64,000 nt of DNA, from positions 32,001-96,000 of the forward strand of contig CAVUXE010000028.1 in assembly GCA_963745235.1 (NCBI GenBank), in the 5' to 3' direction. Shown piece after piece: positions 1 to 9,617 of the stretch. Below the pieces are notes generated by a model. That model saw only the letters and a list, made by a program, of their open reading frames with translations. It was not told where the DNA came from and made no database searches. The position numbers were made by a program, and so were the translations under genes. The number at the start of each line of letters is the position of its first letter. The stretch's first letter is position 1. The DNA is from an uncultured Spirochaetota bacterium (GTDB lineage: Bacteria; Spirochaetota; Spirochaetia; SZUA-6; Fen-1364).

Positions 1-2
1 CG

Positions 3-647
3 CTCTTCCAGCAGTTCGGGTTTGCCCGGCTGACGTTCAACAGCCTCGTGATCACGTGCGCCGTGGTGGCCCTCAGCATCGTGTTCGGCACCATGGCGGC
101 CTACGGGTTTTCCCGCTACGGTTTCAGGGGAAGCGGGGTCCTTCTCGGGGCTTTGCTCCTGACACGGATGATCACCCCGGCATCCCTCGTGCTGCCCCTG
201 TACTCCCTCATGCGGGCTCTCGGGCTGCTGAACTCCCTGACCAGCATCGCCGTCGGCATTGCGGTCCTCAACCTCCCCTTTGTTGTCTGGATGATGAAGC
301 CGTTTTTCGACCAACTTCCCCACGAGATCGAGGAAGCCGCGGAACTGGACGGCCTCACCCCTGTCGGGGTGTTCTGGCGCGCTGCGCTGCCTATGGCCGC
401 TCCCGGCCTGTACAGCATCTTTCTCTTCAGCTTCGTGGCGGGCTGGGTGGATCTGTTGTTCGGAATCACGTTTGCCACCACGCCGCGAGCCATGCCCCTG
501 ACTGCAGGCCTCATGCAGATGCAGACGGGGTACAAGATCTACTGGGGCCCCCTCATGGCCGGAGGCATTTACCTGTCTCTGCCGACCATGATCCTGGCCT
601 TCTTCTTTCAGAAGAGCCTGGTGAACGGGCTCAGAGTCACCACCTGA
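3..647 (+). CDS. Carbohydrate ABC transporter permease (CUT1, MalG-like), 5'-truncated by the window edge
   Basis: EAA loop 'EIEEAAELDG', hydrophobic helices, 'WGPLMAG' C-terminus; frame is open back to the window start. Confidence 0.9.
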   Translation, partial: LFQQFGFARLTFNSLVITCAVVALSIVFGTMAAYGFSRYGFRGSGVLLGALLLTRMITPASLVLPLYSLMRALGLLNSLTSIAVGIAVLNLPFVVWMMKPFFDQLPHEIEEAAELDGLTPVGVFWRAALPMAAPGLYSIFLFSFVAGWVDLLFGITFATTPRAMPLTAGLMQMQTGYKIYWGPLMAGGIYLSLPTMILAFFFQKSLVNGLRVTT

Positions 648-668
648 GGCCCGGCACAAAGGATACGC

Positions 669-2687
669 ATGAGCACGCACCCTGAGCTGATACGAAACGG
701 AGTCCTCACTGTCAACGGCGCCCGGGTTCCCGTCCTGAGCGGAGAGATCCACTTCTTCCGCATGTCCCCGGAGACCTGGGATACCGCGCTGGCGAACCTC
801 AAGGCCATCGGTCTCCCCATGGTGTCTACGTACCTGAGCTGGAGGCGATTCTCCCTGGGCCCGGATCGATACGACCTGGAGGGCAGAACCGACCCGAGGT
901 TGAACGTGAAGGGGTTCCTTGAGCTGTGCCGGAAGCACGGGCTGTGGGTCACCATGAAGCCCGGGCCGTGGATCTGCGCTGAAGAGGCCAACGGAGGATA
1001 CCCGGACTGGCTCGTAGAGCGGGAGGAGCTTCAGGTACTGAACGCGGCCGGCGAGCCCGTGCAGGGCTACACCCCCGCTTTTCGGTCACCCATCCCAAGC
1101 TATCTCCACCCCGCATACCTTGAAGCTGTCCGTGTCTGGCTTCGGGAGGTGGACGCGGTGATTGCCGACTACGTGCATCCCCGCGGGCCGATCATCCTGG
1201 TCCAGCTGGACAATGAGCCCTCCATGACTTTCCACGACCGGCTGCTGGAATCCGACTACAATCGCGTCAACGTCGGAAAAGATGGCCTCTACAGCCAGTG
1301 GCTGGAAGGCAAGTATGGAACGATCTCGAAGCTGAACAGGACGTACAGAAGCTCATGGCCATCCTTCTCCTGCGTTGAGGCGCCACGCTCCATCGGACCC
1401 GAGATCCTGGAAACCTCTGCGCCCTGGGCAGATTGGGTGGAGTTCAAGGAGCTCATGATGGTCCGGCATGTTGCGAAGCTCGCGGAGCTGCATCGGGAGA
1501 ACGGCCTTGCGCAGGTCGTTTTCACAATCAACTACAACGAGCACCCGCAGCTCGGCGTTCCCAACGACTGGCGCAGCCTGGAGCTGGCCAGCGGGATGGG
1601 CGGCTTTGACTTCTACCCCCGGATGCCTCTCGGCGCGTCAGGCCTTGCAGACGTCGCGCTGTTCGTGGGCTACAGCCGGGCCTGCAATGTCATTCCCTGG
1701 TCTCCGGAGATCATGAGCGGAAAGTGGAGCTTCGAGGGTCAGGAACATGAGCCCGGTGAGCTTCGAAGCGCAGACTTCGAGCTTCTCTATCTGAGCTGCA
1801 TAGCCTTCGGGCTCAAGGGGATGAACTTCTACATGTTCGCAGACCGGGACAACTGGATCGATTCCCCCCTTGACGCGGCCGGATGTCCCCGGCCGAACCT
1901 TGAGGCGGTCAGGAACGTCGTTCGGCTTGTCAGCGAAGAGCCTGAGCTCGAGTCTTTCGATCGGAACCAGCCGGTCGCGGTTCTGTACTACCGGCCGCAT
2001 GCCCGCGAGGCATTCATCGCGGACGCTTCCCCTGCGCCCCTGACCATCGGCGGCTTTTGTCTCGGGTCCTCCTACTCCTGTTTCAAGTCGATTTTCAGCG
2101 AGCTGCATCGGCTGAACCTGGATCCTGCCGTGGTCGATCCATGGGTCGGACTCGGGACGCTCACGGCGACGCGTCCGGAAATGCTTCCTGCGCACCGGCT
2201 CCTTTTCGTTCCGGGCGGGTCTTCCATGGACGAGGCGACTCTTCGCCTGCTGGACGATTTCGTGGCTGGCGGGGGGAGTGTCGTGTGGGTTGGACGGCGG
2301 CCGGAGCGGGATCTGGGCGGCGGGCACTTCACGGGAAGCCACTGTTGCCTCACGGAAGAACGCACGCGCGGCGTCTTGGCGAGCCCGACCGGCGAACCGG
2401 ACAGCAAGACGCTTCTTCGCATCCTGGATGAAGAGCGCATCGGCCCGGAGGTTCCTGCCAGCGTTCCGGGAATCCTTACGACGCTTCACAGGTCCCGGTC
2501 ACGTGAATGGCTGTTCGTGGTGAACATCGGGGAGACGCGCCAGAATGTCGAGCTCAGGTTCCCCGACCCGCACCTGAAGGGGATGATTTCGCTCCCGGGC
2601 GGCAACCTGAGAGTACGCGTGAAAAACTCAAGCGCGCGGCTGACCTGCGAGCCGCAGTCCGTTCAGGTCTGGAGGCTCGATCCCTGA
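669..2687 (+). CDS. Glycoside hydrolase family 35 (beta-galactosidase / exo-beta-glucosaminidase-like) with GH42-type C-terminal domain
   Basis: Motifs SGEIHFFR, KPGPWICAE..NGGYPDW and GPIILVQLDNE (acid/base Glu); RBS AAGGA upstream. Confidence 0.85.
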   Translation: MSTHPELIRNGVLTVNGARVPVLSGEIHFFRMSPETWDTALANLKAIGLPMVSTYLSWRRFSLGPDRYDLEGRTDPRLNVKGFLELCRKHGLWVTMKPGPWICAEEANGGYPDWLVEREELQVLNAAGEPVQGYTPAFRSPIPSYLHPAYLEAVRVWLREVDAVIADYVHPRGPIILVQLDNEPSMTFHDRLLESDYNRVNVGKDGLYSQWLEGKYGTISKLNRTYRSSWPSFSCVEAPRSIGPEILETSAPWADWVEFKELMMVRHVAKLAELHRENGLAQVVFTINYNEHPQLGVPNDWRSLELASGMGGFDFYPRMPLGASGLADVALFVGYSRACNVIPWSPEIMSGKWSFEGQEHEPGELRSADFELLYLSCIAFGLKGMNFYMFADRDNWIDSPLDAAGCPRPNLEAVRNVVRLVSEEPELESFDRNQPVAVLYYRPHAREAFIADASPAPLTIGGFCLGSSYSCFKSIFSELHRLNLDPAVVDPWVGLGTLTATRPEMLPAHRLLFVPGGSSMDEATLRLLDDFVAGGGSVVWVGRRPERDLGGGHFTGSHCCLTEERTRGVLASPTGEPDSKTLLRILDEERIGPEVPASVPGILTTLHRSRSREWLFVVNIGETRQNVELRFPDPHLKGMISLPGGNLRVRVKNSSARLTCEPQSVQVWRLDP

Positions 2688-2707
2688 GGGTCGTGCGCCA
2701 GAAGAGG

Positions 2708-3694
2708 CTACTTCCCCGATTCTCCCAGCATCTTCCGCATCAAGGAGGCTATGCGGATGGCGTCCGAGCTCTGGAAGCACCCGCGCAGCTCGTTCCGGTC
2801 CACGCGGTCCAGCATCTCATAGCACATGCGGATGTTGGCGATGCTCTGCGCCACGGCGTCTTCCGGCATCTCGCGGAACGGAAACAGGTCCAGGCCGAAC
2901 CAGCCGTCGTAGCCCAGCTCGTCCAGCCAGAACAACAGCTCCACCGTTTCCCAGAGGTTCACCATGCCCACCATGGCGTCATCGTCATACATCTTCGAGT
3001 TGTCGTTCCAGTGCGTGTGGAAGAGCTTCTTGTAGCGCATGGCGAAGGCAAAGGTCTCCGCGAGGTTCTCATTCATGATCAGCGCGTGTCCCGTCTCGAT
3101 GTTGATGCCGAGGTTGGGACGATTGATCTCGTTGAGGAGCGTCACCGTCTGCCCCACATTGGGAAGCAGGATATGCGCACGGGGATCATAGGCCTTGTAC
3201 TCCACGACAATACGCTGCCGAGGGTTGTGGTCCGCCCACTCCGCAAGACCTTCCGCCAGGGTGTCCCACCGGCGCGGGAAATCCACCTGGAAAGGGTAGT
3301 CGTACCCGTCCTGGGCAGGCCAGTAGCACATCTGGCTCACGTCCAGCTCACCGCAGATGTCACTCACCTTCTTGGCGAAGTCGATTGCGCGACGTCGCAG
3401 CGCCTTGTCAGGATTGCTGAACTGGCCGAACTTGTACACCGGGTCGATCCACAGATGCGGCGTGATCATGACGAAGCGCAGGTTGAGGTCCGCCGCCCGC
3501 TTCTTCATGTGCTTGAAGTTCGCGTCGTTGAGCTCGGTGGGGTAATGCATCTCAAGGCCGCCCACGGCGGGGATCTTCCCGGCTGCTTCCAGGCGCTCCT
3601 CCACGGTCCTGTCGGGCCTGTACCCTGCCTTCACGAACCGGTCCCCCGTGGCTCCCATGTACCACAGACCGACTGATATCTTGAGCTCACGCAT
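2708..3694 (-). CDS. Xylose/L-rhamnose isomerase-like TIM-barrel aldose-ketose isomerase
   Basis: EYK..DPR, NIETGH and HWND..YDDD metal-site motifs; ATG at 3694 with GAGGAGG RBS at 3701-3707. Confidence 0.8.
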   Translation of the reverse strand: MRELKISVGLWYMGATGDRFVKAGYRPDRTVEERLEAAGKIPAVGGLEMHYPTELNDANFKHMKKRAADLNLRFVMITPHLWIDPVYKFGQFSNPDKALRRRAIDFAKKVSDICGELDVSQMCYWPAQDGYDYPFQVDFPRRWDTLAEGLAEWADHNPRQRIVVEYKAYDPRAHILLPNVGQTVTLLNEINRPNLGINIETGHALIMNENLAETFAFAMRYKKLFHTHWNDNSKMYDDDAMVGMVNLWETVELLFWLDELGYDGWFGLDLFPFREMPEDAVAQSIANIRMCYEMLDRVDRNELRGCFQSSDAIRIASLMRKMLGESGK

Positions 3695-3739
3695 GTCATG
3701 CCTCCTCTTCACCGGTGAGGTCCGCGCGCGAAGGCCTGA

Positions 3740-4702
3740 TCAGGCCCAGTACATCTCGCCGGGCTTCTCACCCATCAACGCTTCTTGCAGAAGGGCAACG
3801 CCCTTTGCCAGGCCTTCGTCCCGGGACATCATGGCGTCCTCATGCTCGATGGAAACGACGTAGTCGTAGCCCACCATGCGCAGCGCGCTCATGATGTCCT
3901 TCCACGTCTTTGCATCGTGCCCATAGCCGATGCTGCGGAATGTCCACGCCCGTTCGAGAATCCGATCGTACGGCTTGTTGTCGTTGCAGCCGTTCACGGA
4001 CACGTTGATCCGGTCCACCGCGCAGTCCTTTCCGTGGACGTGAAAGATGCTCGGTCCCAGCTTCCTGATGGCCGCGGGCAGATCGACCCCGTTCCAGAAC
4101 AGGTGGCTGGGATCCAGGTTGCACCCGATCACAGGCCCCACGGCTTCCCGGAGCTTCAGCATGGTTTCCACGTTGTAGACGAGGAAGCCGGGGTGCATCT
4201 CTACGGCAATCTTCACCCCGTTGTCCCGCGCAAACTCCCCCGCCTGCTTCCAGTATGGGATGGCGACCTGGTTCCACTGGTAGTCCAGCATGGTGAGATT
4301 GTGCGGCGGCCAGGGACAGGTGACCCAACTCGGGGACTTGTCACCGGGACAGCCCGCGGGCAGGCCGGACGTCACATTGACCACGGGTACTCTCAGCAGC
4401 GCGGCGAGCTTCACCGTCTTTCGAAAGATCTCATCCGATTCTCTTGCAAGCTTCACCTCCGGCGACAGCGGCTCGTAATGGCAGCTGAAAGCGCTGATCA
4501 TGAGGCCGCGCGCGGCCACCGAGGCCAGGTACGCGTCACGCTTCCCCTGGCTCGCCAGAAGCTCCTCCACGGGGCAGTGATGGCTGCCGGGGTACCCGCC
4601 CGTTCCTATTTCCACCGCGGAGATCCCTGCGGCCTTGATGGTGTCCAGGGCCTCTTCGAACGGGAGGTCCTGGAAGAGAACCGTGAATACGCCGATGCGC
4701 AT
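3740..4702 (-). CDS. Sugar-phosphate isomerase/epimerase (AP_endonuc_2 TIM barrel, IolE/YcjR-like)
   Basis: VEMHPG, NLDPSH, HVHGKD and SIEHED motifs; GGAGG RBS. Confidence 0.85.
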   Translation of the reverse strand: MRIGVFTVLFQDLPFEEALDTIKAAGISAVEIGTGGYPGSHHCPVEELLASQGKRDAYLASVAARGLMISAFSCHYEPLSPEVKLARESDEIFRKTVKLAALLRVPVVNVTSGLPAGCPGDKSPSWVTCPWPPHNLTMLDYQWNQVAIPYWKQAGEFARDNGVKIAVEMHPGFLVYNVETMLKLREAVGPVIGCNLDPSHLFWNGVDLPAAIRKLGPSIFHVHGKDCAVDRINVSVNGCNDNKPYDRILERAWTFRSIGYGHDAKTWKDIMSALRMVGYDYVVSIEHEDAMMSRDEGLAKGVALLQEALMGEKPGEMYWA

Positions 4703-4774
4703 GCCGCCCTCCTTCGCGGTTGGGGGGCTCCGTGAACCGGCTTCCGCGGCACGGCGCGCGGGCCTCCCCGACCG

Positions 4775-5860
4775 TCACGATCGCCTGAGCGCTTCTCCTT
4801 CTTCGAGCATCGCGATGAAGTTGCCCACGGGCACGTACTCCGGGATGGAGTTGCCGGACCCCAGTGCCCATCCGCCGCCCGGCGCGCAGCGCTCGAAGAG
4901 AAACCGCGTATGCTCCCGCACCTGCTCCTCAGTCATGGAGGGAAGCTTCACCATGTCGAAGCCGCCCAGATGGGCAATCCGGCTCCCGTAACGGGCCTTT
5001 GCTTCCCACACCGGCTCGATGACGTCTTCAAAGGAGTGGCGCGCGTCCCAGCCTGTTGAGATGATGTCCTCGATGACCGCGCTCAGGTTGCCGCAGGAAT
5101 GGAGGATGATCGGCTTCCCGTGCGCGTGGGCAATCTCCACGATCCGGTGATGCCACGGCAGGACGAGGCGGCGAAAGTCATCCGGACGCAGAAGAAGCTG
5201 TGTCTTGAAGCCCAGGTCATCGCCATAGCGCAGGGCCCCGACGCAGTCGTAGGAAGCGAGAGTGCGAAAGTATTCTACCACTCTCTTTCCCACTTCCTCG
5301 AACACGTCTTCTATCAGCTGCGGATCATCGAAGAGCAGGTACGATATGCCTTCGTATCCCAGGAGCCACATGACGTTCTCGAACACTCCCGGGCTGTCTC
5401 CGATGACCAGCATGCCTTCGGGAAGAACCCGGGGTGCGTAGTCGAACGGGGAATAGTCGATGGATCGCATGTCCACCCAGGGGTAGCGTTCGAAGTCGGC
5501 GCGATCCGAGATGGTCTTCAGCTCCTGCGTCATGTAGGGTCGGTCTCCCTGCTCGGTGAGGGCCGTCGGTCTCGGCTTCTGCTGGAACACGAAGCCAGTC
5601 ATGGACTCCCGCACGGAAGCATAGTCGTAGCCAAGCCAGTACTGGTGGCGGACATGCCGCAGAAAATCCCGACTTCCCGCGCCTTGCGGCGCAGGGAAGC
5701 TGCGCTCCCGCGGCAACTCGGGATCCCCGATGCGCCGCAGGACCGACTCCTCGATGTTTGAGAAGATTTCGAAAAACGGGATCTGGTCCGGGACCTGCCG
5801 TGCCAGCACTTTGCGCAGGCGCGCGAAGTCCGGCTCCGGCCTGATGGCGGATACGCTCAC
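4775..5860 (-). CDS. Uroporphyrinogen decarboxylase (URO-D)/MtaA-CmuA family protein
   Basis: GDDLGFKT, ILHSCGN, LGGFD and GGWALGSGNSI..VP..NF motifs; GTG start overlaps the upstream TGA. The track ORF starting at 6358 is over-extended. Confidence 0.8.
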   Translation of the reverse strand: MSVSAIRPEPDFARLRKVLARQVPDQIPFFEIFSNIEESVLRRIGDPELPRERSFPAPQGAGSRDFLRHVRHQYWLGYDYASVRESMTGFVFQQKPRPTALTEQGDRPYMTQELKTISDRADFERYPWVDMRSIDYSPFDYAPRVLPEGMLVIGDSPGVFENVMWLLGYEGISYLLFDDPQLIEDVFEEVGKRVVEYFRTLASYDCVGALRYGDDLGFKTQLLLRPDDFRRLVLPWHHRIVEIAHAHGKPIILHSCGNLSAVIEDIISTGWDARHSFEDVIEPVWEAKARYGSRIAHLGGFDMVKLPSMTEEQVREHTRFLFERCAPGGGWALGSGNSIPEYVPVGNFIAMLEEGEALRRS

Positions 5861-7029
5861 CCGGCGTCGACCTTCACCCAGGCCGACCCGCGCTTTGCGG
5901 ATTCTCCGGCCTTCAGAACGAACTTCATACCGCGGAGGCCATCGTACACGGTGGGGAACTTGTACTCCTCCGTCTTCATCGGCCTCCCGTCCAGATGCCT
6001 TCGGATGGCCTCTGCCACTCCGCAATAGATGTTGGCAAACGCTTCCAGGTATCCCTCGGGGTGGCCCGTGGGGACGCGCGTGCTCCCCGTGGCCAGGTCT
6101 GAGAGGTATTCCTTGTGCCCGCGGCTGATCGTCTGCCGGGGCTGGTTGTAGCGGTAGATGTGCAGGTAGTTCGGGTTCTCCTGGGCCCAGAGAACTGCTC
6201 CCTTTTCCGCGTAGATCCTGATGGTGAGCCCGTTCTCCTCCCCCGTGGCCACCTGGCTGATGGTCATGGTGCCCCTGCCTCCCCCGGAAAGACGGAATAG
6301 CACACCCGCATCCTCTTCCAGGACCCGGTCGGGAAGGAAGGTGGTGAAGTCCGCGCACACCTCGGTGATCTTCTCACCGGTGATGAACGACAACAGGTTC
6401 TCGCAGTGGGTCCCGGCGTCTCCCATGGTTCCCACCAGGCCGGCCTGCTTCGGGTCCGTGCGCCACACTGCCTGCTTGTTGCCTTCCTTTTCCACCGGTG
6501 CCATGAGGAAGTCCTGCAGGTACTCCACGAGGACCCTGCGGACCTTCCCCATCTCGCCGGATTGGAAAAGTCCCCGGGCATGGCGCACCAGCGGGTGGCC
6601 GGTGTAGTTGTGGGTCAGGCAGAAAACAAGGCCGGTCTTCTCAACCAGCTTCACCAGCGCCTCCGCCTGTTCCCGGTTGTAGGTCATGGGCTTGTCCAGG
6701 ACGACGTGAAAGCCGCGCTCCAGGAACGCCTTGGCGATGTCGAAATGAGACACGTTCTGCGTGACGATGGAGACGAAGTCTATCCGCTCATCAATCGGAA
6801 GCTGGGATTCTCTTTCCACCATCTCCTGCCAGGTGGCGTAGGCGCGCGAAGGGCTGATGTAGAGCTGCTGCGCCGTGACCTTCGTGTTTTCGGGATCCCG
6901 GGAAAAACAGCCGGCAGTGAAATCGATCTGCCCGTCGAGGTTGGCGGCCATCCGGTGCACCCAGCCGATGAACGCTCCCTGCCCGCCGCCCACCATTCCC
7001 ATCCGAAGCCTGCGTTTCCACGCTTCCAT
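5857..7029 (-). CDS. Gfo/Idh/MocA family NAD(P)-dependent oxidoreductase
   Basis: GMVGGGQGAFIG, LDKP, GDAGTH and GHPEGY motifs; GGAGG RBS before ATG 7029. Confidence 0.9.
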   Translation of the reverse strand: MEAWKRRLRMGMVGGGQGAFIGWVHRMAANLDGQIDFTAGCFSRDPENTKVTAQQLYISPSRAYATWQEMVERESQLPIDERIDFVSIVTQNVSHFDIAKAFLERGFHVVLDKPMTYNREQAEALVKLVEKTGLVFCLTHNYTGHPLVRHARGLFQSGEMGKVRRVLVEYLQDFLMAPVEKEGNKQAVWRTDPKQAGLVGTMGDAGTHCENLLSFITGEKITEVCADFTTFLPDRVLEEDAGVLFRLSGGGRGTMTISQVATGEENGLTIRIYAEKGAVLWAQENPNYLHIYRYNQPRQTISRGHKEYLSDLATGSTRVPTGHPEGYLEAFANIYCGVAEAIRRHLDGRPMKTEEYKFPTVYDGLRGMKFVLKAGESAKRGSAWVKVDAG

Positions 7030-7042
7030 GGCGCCTCCGACT

Positions 7043-8017
7043 CTATTCCTTGCGTTGCACAAGGACGGATACGATGATGATGATCCCCTTCACAGTGCCC
7101 GTTGCAAACGGTGAGACTCCCATCAGGGTGAGCATATTGCTGAGGATTCCCAGGATCAGCACGCCGAAAAAAGTGCCGATCACGCTCCCCTTTCCGCCGC
7201 TCATCCTCGTTCCGCCAATGATGACCGCCGCGATGGCATCCAGCTCGTAGCCGGTCCCCGAGCTGGCCGCGGAAACCGAGTTCAGGCGCGAGGTCTCAAT
7301 GATCGCCGCCACGCCGACCATTGCCCCGCTGATCGCGTACGTGAGGAGCTTGACCCTGTTCACGTTGATGGCGGAGAGGTGGGAGGCCTTCTCGTTCGAC
7401 CCGACGGCGTAGATATACCGGCCCAGCGGCGTCTTCTGCGAAAACACGTAGACCAGAGCGGTCAGGATGACGAAGTAGATCACTGGGTAGGAGATCCCGA
7501 AAAGATCCCCGTTGGATATGATCTCGTACTGCTGCACGTTGGCGCTGATCCCGCCGCCATTCAGGAGGTAGAGGGCCAGGGACCGGCAGGTGGCCATGGT
7601 CCCAAGGGTTGCAATGAACGGGGTGACGCGGCCTCTCGTTATGATGGTCCCGTTGACGCTCCCCATCGCAAGACCGCCGACCACAGTGGTGATGAGGGAA
7701 AGAGGGATGCTGTGCGTCATGTTGAGCACCCAGATCCCGCCCGCGCCCACCAGCACGAGCGCGGAGCCCACGGAGAGGTCGATCCCGCCCGAGATGATGA
7801 TCAGCGTCATTCCCAGGGAAATCACGCCGATGATCGAGTCATTGCGCAGGATATTGATGATGTTCGCTTCGCTGAGGAAGCTGCTGCCGGCGAGCACCGT
7901 CGCAATGATCACCATGGCAAGGAGTGCCACGATGGCGCTGTTCTCCGCGACGAACCTCACGATGGGCCCGGCCACCGGATGGCGGCGAATGGTCTGGTAC
8001 CTCGATTGTACGCTCAT
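7043..8017 (-). CDS. Monosaccharide ABC transporter permease (CUT2, RbsC-like)
   Basis: GGIDLSVGS and YELDAIAAVIIGGT motifs; ATG overlaps the upstream TGA. Confidence 0.92.
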   Translation of the reverse strand: MSVQSRYQTIRRHPVAGPIVRFVAENSAIVALLAMVIIATVLAGSSFLSEANIINILRNDSIIGVISLGMTLIIISGGIDLSVGSALVLVGAGGIWVLNMTHSIPLSLITTVVGGLAMGSVNGTIITRGRVTPFIATLGTMATCRSLALYLLNGGGISANVQQYEIISNGDLFGISYPVIYFVILTALVYVFSQKTPLGRYIYAVGSNEKASHLSAINVNRVKLLTYAISGAMVGVAAIIETSRLNSVSAASSGTGYELDAIAAVIIGGTRMSGGKGSVIGTFFGVLILGILSNMLTLMGVSPFATGTVKGIIIIVSVLVQRKE

Positions 8018-9546
8018 GCGTGGGACCTTTCCTGCTGGAGGGCGTCCGCCCGTCGTTTCGCGCCCGTTGCATACATCATCACGTTTTCCTCGGTTGCATT
8101 GTCCCGGTCCAGGATCCCCACGAGCTCCCCGTGATACATCACGGCCACCCTGTCGCACACCTTCAGGACCTCGGGGATCTCCGAGGAGAGGATGATGATC
8201 GACTTGCCTTCCCGCGCCATGCGCATGACGAGATGATAGATTTCGGCCTTCGCGCCGACGTCGATCCCCTGCGTGGGGTTGTCCAGGATCATGATCCGGG
8301 ATCCCGCCTCGATCCACTTCGCAAGGACCACTTTCTGCTGGTTTCCGCCGCTCAGGGAGGTGATGGGGAGGTTGATGTCGGTGACCTTGATGTTGAGGTT
8401 CTTCACGTGCTCCTGCGTCCGCAGCTCTTCCCGCCGCGAGTCGATGAAGGGCCCGCGGAGAAACCCCCGCAGCCGCGCAATGGTGGCGTTGGATCGCACG
8501 GAAAAATCCTTGATGAGGGCGTTCTCCTTCCTGTTCTTGGGGGCCAGGCCGATGCCGGCGGCAAGCGCCTTCTGCGGGTGCGTGAGGTTTCTCGGCGCGC
8601 CTTCAACGACGAGGCGGCCGCCGGTCTTCCTGCGGGAGCCGAAGATGCACTCGAAGAGCTCGGTGCGCCCGTCCCCCACGAGGCCCGTGAAACCCAGGAT
8701 CTCTCCCCGGCGCAGCTCGAAGCTCACGTCGCGGAAGGAGCGGTCGCTGGAGAGGTGCTCCGCTGCGAGCACCGTGCCTCCCAGGGGACGGGGCTCGTAG
8801 AAATGCTCCACGGCCATTTCCCGGCCCACCATGAGCCGGGCCAGGTCCTCTTCGCTCACCGACGGGGAGACCCGGCCGCTGCCTGCCACGCTCCCGTCCC
8901 GCAGGACGGTATAGCCGTCGCACACGGTGAGGACCTCTTTCAGCTTGTGCGAGATGAAAATGACGGAGACTCCGCTCTGCGCGAGGGAGCGCATCACGGT
9001 AAAGAGGTAGCGGATCTCGTGGTCCGTCAGGGAGGTGGTCGGCTCGTCCATGATGAGGATCTTCGCGTTGGCAAGGAGCGCGCGACCGATCTCCACCACC
9101 TGCTTGTAGGAGGCATCCAGCGCCCCCACCATCTCGCGGGGATCAATGGCGACGTCCAGCGTCCCGAGGATCTCCGCTGTCCTGGCGCACATGGCCTGCT
9201 CGTCGACGAAACCGATGGCCGTGCGAAGCTCCGCGCCCAGGAAGAAGTTCTCATAAACGCGCAGATCGTTGACGAGGTTCAGCTCCTGGTGGATGAAGCT
9301 GATGCCCAGCCGGTGGGAAGCGGCCGGCGTAGGGATAAAGGCATGCCGCCCGTTGACGAGGATCTCTCCCGCATCCGGGAGCACGACACCTCCCAGGATG
9401 TTCATCAACGTAGTCTTGCCCGCGCCATTCTCCCCGATGAGCGCGTGGATCTCCCCCGCGTGGAGACTGAAGTCCACGCCCCGCAGGGCCGCCTGGCCCA
9501 GGAAGGACTTTCGCATGTTCCGCATGTCGAGGATCAGACCGTCCAT
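8014..9546 (-). CDS. Monosaccharide ABC transporter ATP-binding protein (two NBDs, RbsA-like)
   Basis: Walker A GENGAGKT, IMDEPT and LSGGNQQK. Confidence 0.95.
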   Translation of the reverse strand: MDGLILDMRNMRKSFLGQAALRGVDFSLHAGEIHALIGENGAGKTTLMNILGGVVLPDAGEILVNGRHAFIPTPAASHRLGISFIHQELNLVNDLRVYENFFLGAELRTAIGFVDEQAMCARTAEILGTLDVAIDPREMVGALDASYKQVVEIGRALLANAKILIMDEPTTSLTDHEIRYLFTVMRSLAQSGVSVIFISHKLKEVLTVCDGYTVLRDGSVAGSGRVSPSVSEEDLARLMVGREMAVEHFYEPRPLGGTVLAAEHLSSDRSFRDVSFELRRGEILGFTGLVGDGRTELFECIFGSRRKTGGRLVVEGAPRNLTHPQKALAAGIGLAPKNRKENALIKDFSVRSNATIARLRGFLRGPFIDSRREELRTQEHVKNLNIKVTDINLPITSLSGGNQQKVVLAKWIEAGSRIMILDNPTQGIDVGAKAEIYHLVMRMAREGKSIIILSSEIPEVLKVCDRVAVMYHGELVGILDRDNATEENVMMYATGAKRRADALQQERSHA

Positions 9547-9574
9547 ATGCGCGCCCTCCGCTCACCTGAGAGGT

Positions 9575-9604
9575 GAGCCCGGCCGCGGGCACGCGACCGG
9601 GCTC
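9575..9604 (-). terminator. Intercistronic stem-loop after binding-protein gene (mRNA stabiliser or attenuator)
   Basis: GAGCCCGG.CGCG-ggca-CGCG.CCGGGCTC inverted repeat, no U-tract. Confidence 0.5.
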
Positions 9605-9617
9605 TGATCTTGACAGT

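Noticed and set aside
4775-5860. Calling the URO-D-family genes hemE
   Set aside because: They lack the N-terminal W.MRQAGRY signature of true HemE and have no tetrapyrrole gene context
7770-7800. Recurring sequence similarity among permease and ATPase genes ([16 protein letters not shown] codons)
   Set aside because: Conserved protein motifs in paralogues, not DNA repeat elements
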